A DNA stretch of 64,000 nucleotides from the NCBI RefSeq assembly GCF_009914755.1, contig NC_060927.1. The stretch is one strand, 5' to 3'. Positions within the stretch are counted from its first letter, which is position 1, and every line of letters starts with the position of its first letter. Under the pieces are notes generated by a model. It did not search any database. It was not told the DNA's origin and saw only the letters and a program-made list of their open reading frames with translations. Source of the DNA: the human T2T-CHM13v2.0 reference genome, Homo sapiens. The position numbers and the translations under genes were made by a program. Positions 12,565 to 26,600 of this stretch are shown here, in pieces.

Positions 12565-15500
12565 CTCTAAGTGAACAGCAGAAAGAGATTCTCTCCCTTG
12601 AGCATGCTCTTTGTCTGTGTTTTTTCTTTTTGTCTTCATATCACCATCTTTCCTCCACACTTGTCTTTATTCCTTTTTCATCATAACTTCCCTGTTTCTC
12701 ACTTTCTTTTCCACATCTTGGTCCTTTCTTGTCACTTGCTGCATGACATGTCCTCCAGGATGCCTGGCAGATCCTCCTAGTCTTGTGGGATGACATCAGA
12801 AAGGAAACATCACTCCTCCTTGGGGCCACTTGGTGACAGAGTGTTTCCTGGGATGACTGGATTACGTGTCTGGCCGCTTTTTAAGTACACCTAACTCTTT
12901 GTGGATAGCTTAAGATATGTTTTAGTTTATTAGCTGCATGATTCCTCTGGCTTCCTGGGATCTGCATCTCTGAGATGACTAAGGGGGTCTTTCTTTTAAA
13001 ATGCCAGTGGAAACTGAGGCGTATTTGAGTGTTCTTTAGTTTGTTGAGTTCTCCCATCTCTTCCAAATAGGTGAAGGCTGACAGGGAACATGAATGTGGC
13101 ATCTGTAACAGCAACTTCCTGAGGATCTGTAGGAAATTGACATGATTTTACCTCCTGGAGATTTCCTCATTCAGACAGGTTTTTGATCACCACATGCTTC
13201 CCCCAAAGACAGGATGAGAGTGAATGGGCTTCCACTGCAGCAGGAAAGATTAAGAGTAGAGGTCAGGAAGAACTCTGGGGCTGTCACAACTGTATATTAA
13301 GCAAGGCCAAGACCAGGGGATGTTTTGGCATTCCGTTGGAATTGTTAAAAGAAGAGGACAGATTTTTCCTGTCCTCACTCTAAACAGAAAATAGTGTGAC
13401 AAAGGAAACAGCTTTCTGTTAGAAATTTCCTGTGCAGTATGGACTGAGGGCTGGGAATCAAGATTTGAGACCCAAATATCTTCCACCAGCTTCCTCTATG
13501 CAGACCACCCTTCAGGGTGCTGGCTGCTTGCTTCAACAGGGAACACACCCACCCTTCCACGATCTGAGTGATGCTGATATTCTTCTGGCTTCAGAATTCT
13601 CTATTCCTTTCTTTTTCTCTCTGCTGTGTCTTTCCCTCAGCTTTTTAGCTATGCACAGCCGCTCCATTTTGAAAACAACAGAAAAAAATAAACATTTGGA
13701 AACTTGACCATCCTGTCTAGCTATTGTCTTCTTTCCTTTTTCACTGCCCACACTTCATGAAGAGATGATTCCTCTTTGCTGTTTCCATCCCCTTACCACA
13801 CACTGGCCCCTGTCCTGCCTGTGGTACGGTTCTACCCTCTGCTTTGCTCCCTCACCACACACTGTCTCCTATAACCCAGTTCTAGGCTCCTCTTTCTCTG
13901 CTGAAGCTCACTTAAAACCTGCCACTTACCCAAATTCTGTTTCCATGTCTTAATCCTCTCTGCCCCTCACTTTCCTGTGTCATCTGACATGTTTGACCCC
14001 TGTCTCCTTCCTGACACCCTCTCCCCTAGTCTACATGGCCAACATATTCCTGTGACTTGTCTCTTTGGCCTATTGTTTCATTCAATCATTGGCTTCACTT
14101 CCCCACTTTGCCAGGGGAGGCCAGTTGGCAAGCTGTTGTAGAAATTCAAGACCATAGAGCTGAAGGCTGGGCTAGGATGGCATTAGAGGGAAAAGAGGGC
14201 AATGGATGTTCTTTCAAAGGAAAACAGAGGGTTAATGATAGCACGGATGCAGGAAGTAGAGGAAGGGGAGGAACCCCACAAGTCTCTCAGATTCTAGTCT
14301 GTGAAATTAGAATAAAGAACTCAAAAAGGTGGAGAGAGGTGCTGGTTCTAAGGCACATTTCATCTGAGTAGAAAGCAGGACATACAGATAGATAATTCAT
14401 CCAAAGAGGAAAGTTAATGGAAATGGATAGAAAATATTTTATCTCATTCGTTCTTGGTGCTTCAGCCAGCTCCTAGCTCCTTAATCAATATTCCCAGCTG
14501 CCAAGCCCTGTCTCAGCTCCTCTGCCAACTGGACATCACCATAGTAATTGGACATTACTAATTGCAGATTGGACATTACCACCTGGATGCCCATCATCAC
14601 TTCAGGCTCCTAACATAGGCGAGGAAATGTGTGTGATAGGGAAACAGCATGGGAACCGGCCTAGGACTCATAAATTCTGGGGTCTGCTGTGGATCTTCGG
14701 GCAAGTCACTTTACTCTCTACTTTTCGGTCTTCTCATTGTTGAAATGAGGGGTTTGATTAAGTAATATCTTAATCACTTGCCCCATCTTTCCCCAGATTA
14801 GTTTCTCCTCTCTCTCTAGAGGAAAAATTTCTCCTTTAGAAGCCAATTTTTCCTGTTATGCCATTGTTCTCTCTCGGTTACCTAGTGTAACCTCAGAGGC
14901 TTCTTGGACTCCTGCTCACCCCGCTCCCTCTTTCCTGCCCACACCTGCTTCTCTCCACATATAAGGCATCAACACATGCTATTATGTTTCTTTTCTCATT
15001 GCCTTCCACAGCTTTCCATTTCAGTCACAGCCACAGCTTCATTGAAGTCCTTATACACTATTCTACGGACTCCGAACTCCTTCTTCCAGTCTTCTAGGCT
15101 CATCTACCTTCTGAAAACACTTCTTCCATCTTGTCCCATCCTGTCCATTCCTTCCTTTAAATCTTTGAGTAGGGGTGGAGGAAAGGGGGTATGTGTCAAG
15201 ATGCCTTTGGAGCGGTTTCTAAATACACAGACATAAACATAGCTCTTCCCTTCCTCCACTCTGGCATTCTTATGCATCATGTGAAAAAGTTTCCCCAGGT
15301 TATGATTTTCTCTCTGTATCTCTCTCTCTCTCTCACATCATTGTAAAGAATCTACATTATGAAAATTTAAATATTTTATAGACTATAAAAGTCCCCTTAA
15401 GATAACTGGTATTTCCTTGTTAGCACATGTAGCTTTATCCCATTTACTTAAAAAATTGCCTTTTAAAGAGTTTTATTGTGGTATAATTGACATTTGACAA

Positions 15501-16354
15501 ATTGTGTGCATTTAAAGTGTGCAATTTGATCAGTTTCGACATAAGCATACAGCCATAAAACCATCCCTGCAGTCAAGAACATATCCATCACCTCCAAAAG
15601 TTACACTGTTCCCATTTATAATCCCCCCCTCTCCCCTCAGCTCTCAGTCCCTGACTCTGGTCATCTCCAGACAATCACTGATCTGCTTTCTGTCAGTATA
15701 GTTACTTTGCATTTCCTGGAATTTTATAAAAATGGAATCACCTAGAATATACTCTTTGTTGTCTGACCTCTTTCACTCTCCATAATTATTCTGAGATTCA
15801 TCCAAGTCCTGCGTAGTATTCTGTTGTATAGTTATATCATAATTTGTTTATCTGATCGCTTGTTGATGGATTTTTGGATCACTTCCTGGTGTTGGCTATT
15901 ATAAATGAAGTTGCTATGAACACTTGTGTGCAAATCTTTACATGGATATATGCTTTTATTTTTCTTGGGTAAACACCAAGAGTGGAATGACTGTGTCACA
16001 TGGTAAGTGTATGTTTACCTAGTTAAGAAACTGCCAAACTGTTTTTTGAAATAATTGCACCATTTTATGTTCGAAGTGTAAGAGAGTTCCATTTTGCATC
16101 CTCTCCTCATCCTCACCAACACTTGATATGTTCGGGCTGTTTGGTTTTAGGCATTCCAATAAATCACGGCATCTCATTGAGCTTTTAGTTTGTATTTTCC
16201 TCCTGACTAATAGTATTGAGCATTATCTCAAATGCTTGTTGGTGTCTGTATAGCTGCTAAAGTGAGTGTCTAGTCAAATCTTTTGCCCAGTTTTTAAAGG
16301 TTAGGTTGTTTGTTTTCTTATGAATGTCTGAGTGTTCTTTATGTATTCTGGACA

Positions 16355-16642
16355 CAGAGGGATGGCAGTGTGAGACGGACTTGGCCCATCTTTTTTGGTT
16401 TGGAGATGGAGGAAGGGAAACACAAGCTAAAAAATGCAGGTGGCCTCTAAAAGCTAGAAAAAGTAAAGAAATGCATTCTCCCCTAGATCCTCCAGAAATG
16501 ACACATCCCTGCTAACATATGTTAGCCCAGTGGGACTCATTTCAGACTTCTGACTTCTAGAACTCTGAGGTAATAAAATTGTGTGGTTTTAAGCTACAAA
16601 CTTTGTGGTAATTTTTTACAGCAGTCATAGAAAACTAATACA
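16355..16642 (+). mobile_element. MLT1 (MaLR) LTR, 3' half
   Basis: attctcccctagatcctccagaa...cagacttctgacttctagaactctgag...gtggtaattttttacagcagtcatagaaaactaataca. Confidence 0.8.
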
Positions 16643-17604
16643 GATTTTCAATTGTTCAAGCACCATTTGTAAAGACTATCATTTTTATACTGAATTCCCT
16701 TTGATTTTTTCATTCTTGAAAATCAACAATAGCAATTGGTGATATACGTATGGGTCTGTTTCTGGACCCCATTTTATTCCATCAATCTATTTGTCTATCT
16801 TTACACCAATACCACATTGTCTGGATTACTATAGCCTCATAAGTCTCTTGAAATTGGGTAGTGTAAGTCCTCCAACTCCTTCTTTTTAGTTGTTTTGGCT
16901 TTTCTAGGTTCTATTCATCAAACCAACTTGTAAATGTCTACAAAAAAAAGCCTATTGGGATTTCATTGAATCTACAGATCAATTTGGGAAAAATTAATGT
17001 CCTAAGGATTTTGAGTCGTCACAAAATTCCATGACACAGTATTTCTCTCCATTTGCTTAGATCTCCTTTAATTTCCTTCAGCAATTATTTTATCTTTGAG
17101 TGTATGGATCTTACATATTTTAAAAATTAGACTAAGGCTTCAAATTTCATATTTCCATGCTAATATAGTGATGTTTTAAAATTTCAAATTCTAAATCTTC
17201 ATTGCTAGGTTATAGAAATACAATTTAATTTTTATATTGATCTTGTACCCTGAAATCTTGCTAAACTCATTATTAAATCTAGTAGTTTTAAAAAATATAT
17301 TTCATGGAATTTTCTAAGTCGCAATCATATCATCTTTAATACAGACAGTTTTACCTCTTCCTCTCCAATTTGGAGGCCTTTAATTTCCTTTTCTTATTGC
17401 ACTGTACATCCAGTATGACATCTTGCCTTCTTCTGATCTTAGGGAAAAAGCTTGCTGTTAACTATAGATTTTTGGTAGATGCTCTTTATTAAGAGAGCCC
17501 TTTCTATTCCTAGTTTGCTGAGAGTTTTGGTCAGAAATGCATATTGGATTTTGTCAAATTATTTTCCTGCATCTACTTAGATGATCATATGCTATTGCTT
17601 TTTA

Positions 17605-17799
17605 AAATTTTAATTTAATTTTATTTTTTGAGACAGGACCTGACTCTCATGCCACCATGCCAGCTACTTTTTGTATTTTTTGTAGAGATGGGTTATGCCA
17701 TGTTGCCCAGGCTGGTCTCAATATTCTGGGATCAAGTGATCTGCCCACCTCGGTCTCCCAAAGTGCTAGCATTACAGGTGTAAGTCACCACGCTCAGAC
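17605..17799 (-). mobile_element. Partial Alu (AluJ-like, most of right arm deleted)
   Basis: ttttgagacagg jumps directly to ccaccatgcc...tttgtagagatggg...cccaaagtgctagcattacagg. Confidence 0.8.
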
Positions 17800-17821
17800 T
17801 AGTATTTCTTTTTAAATATGG

Positions 17822-18273
17822 TATATTAGTTTCCTAGGGCTGCTGTAACAAAGTAGTGCAAAGTGGGTAGCTTAAAATAATAGAAATTTATTCTTTCACA
17901 GTTCTGGAGAGAAGTCTGAAACCAAGTGTTAGCATGGCCATGCTCCCTCTGAGACTCTGGGCAGAATCTTTCTTTGTCTCTTCCTAGCTTCTGGTGGTGG
18001 CTGTCAATTCTTGGTATTCTTTGCTGCTGCATCACTCCAATCTCTGCCTCTGCCATTACATGGCATTTTTCCCTATGTGTCTCTGTCTTCATATGCAGTT
18101 TTTTTTCTTCTTATCGGGACATCAATCATATTGGATTAGGGACCATCCTAGTGACCTCATCCAAATTTGATTATATCTGCAAACACCGTGTTTCCAAATA
18201 AGGCCACTTTCACAGCTACCAGGGATTAGAACTTTAACATACCTTTTTTGGGAATACAAGTCAACCCGTAACA
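17822..18273 (-). mobile_element. MLT1C-like MaLR solo LTR
   Basis: tattagtttcctagggctgctgtaacaaag...tttattctttcacagttctggag...aagtcaacccgtaaca. Confidence 0.85.
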
Positions 18274-18547
18274 TGGTAAGTTACATTGAATAGTTTTCCA
18301 AATGTTAAGCCAACCTTTTATACTTGGGATAAACCCACTTGGTCATGATGTATTATCCTTTTTATATATTGTGGATTTTATTTGCTAAAATTTAATTAAG
18401 AATTTTACATTATATTCCTAAGGAATAGTAGTCTACAGTTTTTTTTTTTTTCTTACATGGCCTTTGTTTAGTTTTGGCATCAGAATAATGCTGGTCTCAT
18501 AGAAGTTGTTGGGAAATATTCCCTCCTCTTCACTTTTCTGGAAGAGC

Positions 18548-18878
18548 TTTTTGTTGTTGTTGTTTTTTGTTTGTTTGTTTGTTTGTTTTTGAGACGGAGT
18601 CTTGCTCTGTCGCCCAGGCTGTAGTGCAATGGTGAGAACTAGGCTCGCTGCAAGCTCCGCCTCCCGGGTTCACACTATTCTCCTGCCTCAGCCTCCTGAG
18701 TAGCTGGGACTACAGGCGCCCGCCACTACGCCCAGCTAATTTTTTTGTTTTGTATTTTTTAGTAGAGACAGGGTTTCACCATGCTAGCCAGGATGGTCTC
18801 AATCTCCTGACCTCATTATCCGCCCACCTTGGCCTCCCAAAATGCTGGGATTACAGGCGTGAGCCACCGGGCCTGGCC
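18548..18878 (-). mobile_element. AluY-like
   Basis: gcaagctccgcctcccgggttcac and gccaggatggtctc diagnostics, (GTTT)n tail, TSD tctggaagag. Confidence 0.92.
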
Positions 18879-19587
18879 TCTGGAAGAGTTTTTATGGAAT
18901 TGATATTATTTCTTCCTTAAATGTTTCACAGATTTACAAAAAAAAAGCCATATGAATCTTAAGTTGTTTTGTTGGGGGGGGCGGTGTGTGGGGGAAGCTT
19001 TTGAGCTACAAATTTAATTTCTTTAGTAGATAAATACCTATTTAAGTTAGTGATTTCTCCTTGAGTGAATTTTAGTAGTTTGTGTCTTTCAAGAAATGTG
19101 ATCATCTTGTGAAAGTTGTCCAATTTGCTGGCATTAAGTTGTTTATAATATTCTCTTATTATTTTTACATTTATAGAATCTGTAGTGATGCCACCTCTCT
19201 CATTCCTGCTGATAGTAATTTGAGATTTTTCTTTTATTTTCTGATCTGTCTGGGTGGAGGTTTTTTGATTTTATTGATCTTCTCAAATAACCCACTTTGG
19301 TTTCATTGATTTTTTTGTTTTTGTTTTCCTGCTATTTTATTGCTTCTGCTCTGATCTTTTTTATTTCTGTTCTTCCACTTTGATTTCACTTGCTCTTATA
19401 GTAGAATAGGAGCTTATTGATGGGAGATCTTTATTTTCAAAATAGGTATTTAGCACTATAAATATCTTTCTGCGTTAGCTGCATCCCACAGATTTAGTCT
19501 CCCTTAGCTGCATCCCACAGATTTTTATATAATGTGTTTTCATTTTTATTTACTTTGAGATTCTTTCTAATATCCCCCTTCGAATTC

Positions 19588-19894
19588 TTTTTTTTGGGGG
19601 AGCCGGCAGGGGACAAAGTCTCACTGTGTCACCCAGGCTGGAGTGCAGTGGCACAATCTTGGCTTACTGCAACCTCTGCTTCCTGGGTTCAAGCGATTCT
19701 TGTGCCTCAGCCACCAGAGTAGCTGGGATTACAGGCGTGCGCTACCACGTCTGGCTAATTTTTGTATTTTTAGTGGAGATGGATTTTGCCATGTTGGTCA
19801 GTCTCATCTTGAACTTCTGGCCTCAAGTGAGTGATCCACCGGCCTCAGCCTCCAAAATTGTTGGAATTAAAGGTGTGAGCCACGGTGCCCAGCC
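19588..19894 (-). mobile_element. Alu (S/J-type)
   Basis: Full dimer in antisense, flanked by TSD-like cctt(c/t)gaattctt. Confidence 0.9.
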
Positions 19895-20903
19895 CCTCCT
19901 TTGAATTCTTAGTAGCTCAGTTGTTATTTAGAAGTATGTTATTTACTTCCCAAATATTTGGGAGTTTTTTCTAGATTCTTTTTGTTTTTGATTTCTAGTT
20001 TAATTCTGTTGTGGTCAGAGAACATACTCTGTATGACTTAAAAAAAAAAACCAACTGAGGTATAATTTATATAGCACTTTGCATGATTTTAATCCTTTTA
20101 AACTTATTGAGATTTGTTTTATGGCTTAGCATATGGTTTACCTTGATAAATGCTACCTGTGCATTTGAAAAAATGTGTATCTGCTGTTATGAAGTGGAAT
20201 ATTCTATAAATGTCAGTTCGGTTAGGTTGGTTGATAGCATTGTTCAAGTCTTCCATATCTTTACTGATGACCTGTCTCCTTATTCTATTAATTGCTGCAT
20301 TTTTCAGATATTAAATTATCTGACTATAATTATAAATTTTTATATTTCTCCTTGCAATCCTATCAGCTTTGCTTCATGTACTTTGAAGCTGTCTTATTAG
20401 GATTGTTAGGTCTACTTGATGAATTGAAATGTCCCTCTTTATCCCTGGTAATATTCTTTGCTGTGAAATCTTCTTTGATATTAATATAGCCATGAACATT
20501 TAACATTTTGATAGAAATTGCCAAATTTCCTCTCAAAAAAGTCTATGTCACTACATAAGGTGTTCCCCCATTCTTGTCTGTATCTTGAGATTTTGATATG
20601 AACCTTCCTCTAAACATGTAATGTTTCTTCTGAATTGGGGTGAGCTAATGCCTTGCCAGGCTACTGGTTCTTTAGCTGCACAATGGTGGCAATTAATAGC
20701 AGCTCTCCATCACATATGTGTGTTGGGGGGGGGTAGGGGAGCAGACAAGTTAAGGGGAAGGAAGATTTTGAAAAGACAAGTGAGAAGCATTTTCATTGTC
20801 AGAAAAGGCATAGGTAAAGGGGCATCTTGAGCCAGTTCAAGATACTAAGGCCACATGAATTAGATCTCAGGGCGGTCAACTTGTGATGTCAGAGTCACTA
20901 CAG

Positions 20904-20970
20904 AGGTCTGATAGATGTACTCAAGGTTGGAGACAGGTCTGATAGGTGTATCCAAGGTTGGAAACAGGTC
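20904..20970. repeat. 31-bp tandem duplication (~2.2 copies)
   Basis: aggtctgatagatgtactcaaggttggagac / aggtctgataggtgtatccaaggttggaaac / aggtc, starting at 20904, 20935 and 20966. Confidence 0.85.
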
Positions 20971-21314
20971 CTTTTTTTTTAAATGGGTGAAAAAAAATTA
21001 GACTATTTGTGTCAGTGAAGAAAGTGATGAGTACAGGGAGCCAGGAAGTGTTCATTAAAAACTTATTTAATTCATTTTATTTGTCACTAGGGTTACCCAG
21101 TTAGTGGATCTGCCTTGGCCCCAAGAGAGAGGTGGAACCAAATATGTTACTGGAGACAAACAGATCCAGGAGATGCTGTCTGATGGGTTTCAGGTCATCA
21201 ACTTTAGACCAGTATCTGGTTTCCCTATTAGGCGTGTTTTAACCATTAGGTCAGGCCACCACCTCTCCAACTGTCTGGATGAGGCAACAGTGAACAGCGC
21301 TCAACAGACCTTAT

Positions 21315-21482
21315 TGAGAGGTGAAGCTGGCTGGGCTTCTGGGTCGGATGGGGACTCGGAGAACTTTTCTGTCTAGCTAAAGGATTGTAAATGCACCAAT
21401 CAGCCCTCTGTGTCTAGCTAAAGGTTTGTAAACACACCTATCAGCACTCTGTAAAAACGCACCAATCAGCACTCTGTGTCTA
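21315..21482 (+). mobile_element. LTR12 (ERV9) LTR, 5' fragment only
   Basis: TGAGAGGTGAAGC start and tandem tgtctagctaaagg(a/t)ttgtaaa...caccaatcagc units. Ends abruptly within a repeat unit. Confidence 0.9.
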
Positions 21483-22889
21483 TCGTACATATCCAGTGGT
21501 TTATCCTGTATGTTTACTTGTGTCTCTCACATGGTCTTGGCTACAGTGGGGCAGGAGCTACATTGGGAAGGTGGGTCTTTTTCACTCAGGAAAGACTGCT
21601 TTGTACTAGATTTATACCAGAATTGAGTGGAAGGAGTTCTGGAGTAAGAGAGAAGGTTTCTTATTTTTAAAGACTAAGAAGGAAAATCATAGCAAGGAGC
21701 ATATAGCATCATGATGATAGGGCTGGGTGCTGATGTGGCTTCAGCAACAGCATATGAGCCAACACTGCAACAATTTCAGCAAGATGAGCCTGGCCCTGTG
21801 CAAGGAGGATGTGTGAATTCAGAAGGGTTACATATTTTGGGGTGAAGTTAGGGAAATTTGTATATAGGTTGGTTATTAGATGATGTTCAGAACTATTATT
21901 AATTTTGTTAGATGTGGTAATGGTATTGTAGCTGAGTGCCCTCATATTTAAGAGATTCATATTGTAGTATTTATGGGTGAATTGTCAGGATGTCTGTAAT
22001 TCACTTCAAAATAACTCAGCAAAAATGATGGAGCAAATATGGCAATAAGCTAATAATTGTTAAATCTAGGTTATGGTGACTAGTTATGGTATTCTTTGTA
22101 CTTTTCCACATGACTAAAACATTGCTTAGTTAAAAAAAAAGAGTACAGGCTCTGAAGCCAGACTGCATGGGCCCAAATCCTGGCATGTGGTTTTAACCTG
22201 TGTGCCATTTTCTCCTCTTTAAAGTGAGATGAGATAATAAAGGTTCCTACTGCACAGGGTTGTGTAAAGATGGAATTGTATAACACAGAATGCTTAGATC
22301 AGTATCTAGTCCATAAATTCTCAACAACTGTTTATTATTATTACTAAAAAGAAACCATCTCAAGAAGTTGAGATTTCAAGCTTAGAGTGGGGCTGAGAGA
22401 GAACATAACTTTTCTGGAAGCCAGTCAGAGACATCCAACTCAGCTCACCTACCAGTTTTGGTGAGTTGGTGGGAGCAGGAGAAGAGCTGGGCTTGATGGG
22501 GATCCAGGATCCCTAATGACACTCTTTTCCTTGGGAGGGTGGCCTGAGTGTTGTCAGGGAGAGGGGCAGCGGGTCATCTCCCACAAGAGATATTGAGTCA
22601 TCAGGCTAGGTGGGAGAGCATATTAGACAATGACATGAACATTGTGTTGTGTTGCTCATCTGTGCTCAGAACTGAGAGTTCTAGCCATTATGATTTTTTT
22701 TTCTTTCTATGTTGCACAGGAAATTTTGCAGGGGATGAAGAGGGGTGTAGAGAAAAGAAAACTCAGCTTCTGTCTGGAAATTCCGCCGCACCAGAGAGAG
22801 TCCTGAATGTGCTGAGTTGCATAGTATAGAGATTTTCAGAGCGAATCAATTGTTCAAAGATGACACTAGGGTGAAAATGGGTTCATTAG

Positions 22890-23640
<751 letters not shown>

Positions 23641-26600
23641 CCCCTGGTTGACTAGGAGAATATGAGGCTTTTAGGAGACACAATTTTCTCCAACCCCACT
23701 TTCAGTTAGTTTCCCAGTACTAATATGTGAGCTAGGTGATCTCCATGCTCTAGCTACATAAGCTCCAATATCTTTACACAAACTCCACTTTATAAGGATG
23801 CAGTGTTAGCTGCAGTGCAGGCTGAAGCAGACTTTAAATCCCCAAATGGGAGATCCAGAAGGTTCCAGAAGAGACATTAGAGATAATTTAGTCTATTTGC
23901 CTCATTCCTTTAGATTAAAAAACAGTTCCCAGGAGGCAAAGTGATTAGTCCACAACTTCTTCGTGGCAGAGCCAGAAAGGGGATGCTCATATCCAGGCTC
24001 TCAGTAAAATGATATTTTCTGAGGCCCTAATCCTACTCTGCCTTCAGATATGATATTAGCACTTATCCTCTCTTCCTACATCCCTGACCTTGACTGTTCT
24101 TTCCTACCCCACCCCACCCCACCCACCCCTGTTGTGATGGGGAATTACTCTGATGCAATGGTGGCCTTTTCAAGTATGCTCTACACATAGTTGTCACCCA
24201 AACCAGGGGTCATGGAACTGGAAGCTCACAGCCAAATTAGGATGCTCAGATCACATGGTTTATTAAATCAATTTGAAGCACACAGCAAAACAAAACAAAA
24301 AACCCAAAAAACAAAAACAAGAGGAAAGATATGGGATAGGTCTGTGCACTTAGGATAAGGTAGAAATGGGGAGAAGGATCACATCCCTGACTTCTGGGTT
24401 ACGTATCAAAGTCTATGTCCTGTGTATCTCTCTGCCACGTCAGCCTTTCTTGCTGATGATGTGTTTATGGAAACCAGAATTGAGAAGTGAGCAGGAGGGC
24501 ACAGCAGGCAGGAGGTACCTGTTCCTAACATACACTCACCTTTTCAGAGAGGCACTGGGGCAGCTATGCTGGCCAGGGGAGCCACTCACCAGTTATCCTG
24601 ATGAACTGCTCTGGGTTCTGGGTGCATGAATTGGGCAGAGGACTGGTGAGGCCTGACTAGGATGTGAAGACACAGTTTGAGAGACTCCTGACGTAGTCTC
24701 GTAACTACCCACCTGCTTCCTGATGTACTGCACGTGTTTCCTGAGGCCCTATGCCATAGCTCAGCTGGTTGGCAGTGGCCTTAAGGAGGTCAAACCATGG
24801 GTCTGATTCCTATGGGGCCCAGCTAGACTTACACAGAGGAACAAATGGTTTCTACTCCATAGGCAGTGCCTCCTTTAACCCTGAGTGGCTAGTCTGAAAA
24901 TCTCATCATTGAGGGGGCAGGATGACAAAGTTTGGATAACTTAACCAAATTCCAGTTCTAGGATCTAGATCCCAATTCTAGAAGTTGGGGCTAGGGATAT
25001 GGTCTTCTTTCTGGGAGGAAACCACCCACCTCCATCTGTCGAACTCAGTATACTTGTCTGGGCCCTTGTCAGCCTCCACTTGGTGTAACCTGCCTTTCCA
25101 CAGGTAGCATCCTCTGTGACATCCAGTGAGGTTGCAGCATGTGAGCATCCAGACCATCTTGTGAAATTAGAACTAAAACCAAAAAGGCTGGTTGGCCCAG
25201 TGACACCAATGACAGTCCCACCTCCATCTACATTTCATGTTCCTGGGAGGCTTCTTTTTTGCTGAGTGTGCTATAGAGTGAGATTTAATCTTTAGAGTTC
25301 ATCTAGCAGCACCTCTGTTTCCACCTGACATACTCAATATCTGTGCTTAGGCAAGAGACAAAAATAAGAGGCAGCTAGTGCAAAACCCCCTTCCCCATCT
25401 GCCTTCATCATAGACTAACATCGAGGCCTCTGCCCTTCCATGTCTGGAGATGATGGAGAAGCCTAGTAGATTTTAAATATTTATTGATTTACACTCTTTC
25501 CCCAGCAGTTGAATAATGCTTATTGACAGAAGCACTGGGGACATATCCTTTTTACAAAAAGAAAAAAAAATATCATGGCGCTTGGAGGAATTGGGGAGGG
25601 GTAAAGAGGAGCCCGCACTGAGTGATGGCCTCAGGAAGGAACAACGTGACATTTTCCACTGGATGCATGAGGTAGCAATGTGATTTGTGATGTGAAAAGG
25701 GCCTCCAGGCCCTGGGAGTGCCTGCATTGAGACTGAAGACTGAGGATGTAAAGTGGGTGTCTGACCTCCTGCTTTGGTCTGTCTGGATGTGGAAGCATGA
25801 ATAACAGTAAGGACAATAATCATTAGTAATCATACCTAGTATTTATTGAATACCCTCCACACGTTTGGTATAAAGTTGAACATTTTCACAAATATCTCAT
25901 TAATCTTTAAAATGACCTTTGTGGGCCCTATTTTTAAGATAAACAGACCCAGAGAGGCTAGGAACTTGCCTAAAGTCACACAACTGTTAAGTGGCAGAGC
26001 TAAGACTTGAACCAATTAGTCTATTTGTCTATTTCCATAGTCCACATTCTTTCTATTGGATCACCCTGTGGGAAGAAGGAATTCATGGAAACCTGGCAGT
26101 AGTAGTAGGAGGTAATACTGAGGGAACATGGTTAAGATGTCTGAGAGACTGGGGATCTCCCAGAGCTGAGTCGACACGTGTCCCTCTATGTCGTGCACAG
26201 CCCAGGGTTAGTGCTAGAGAGAATTACATGAAATCTGCTGCTCCCTTTTACTTGTAGCAGGGAACAAGGCATGCTTGAGAAAAACAGGCAGGTTGGATTT
26301 TTAGGTGTATAGGGCAAAAATAGAAAATCAAACAATGTAAACTGTAGTAAAGTGAGAGAGTTCTTCACTGTGCAATGGGGAACCATTGAGTATTTTGGAG
26401 TGAGAGAATTATATGGTAGGACTGCTTTGCTTTAGCAAAATTAATTTTTTAGCAGTGTTTAGAGTGGATTGCAGAGTGGACTAGGGTAAATGCTCTAAAG
26501 GAGTAGATACCACATGCAGCTGAAGCTCAGAGGAAAGGGAGGTGAGCTTTGCCTGGGGGAGTTAGGGAATGGTTTGTAGAACACTTGACCTAGGCCTGGA

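Larger units (their letters stand above)
15465..20500 (-). mobile_element. Long old L1M element (antisense), interrupted by nested Alus and MaLR LTRs
   Basis: T-rich antisense L1 3'UTR/ORF2 motifs throughout, e.g. agaaactgccaaactgtttt, tctattcctagtttgctgagagtttt, gttgtggtcagagaacatact. Confidence 0.85.
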
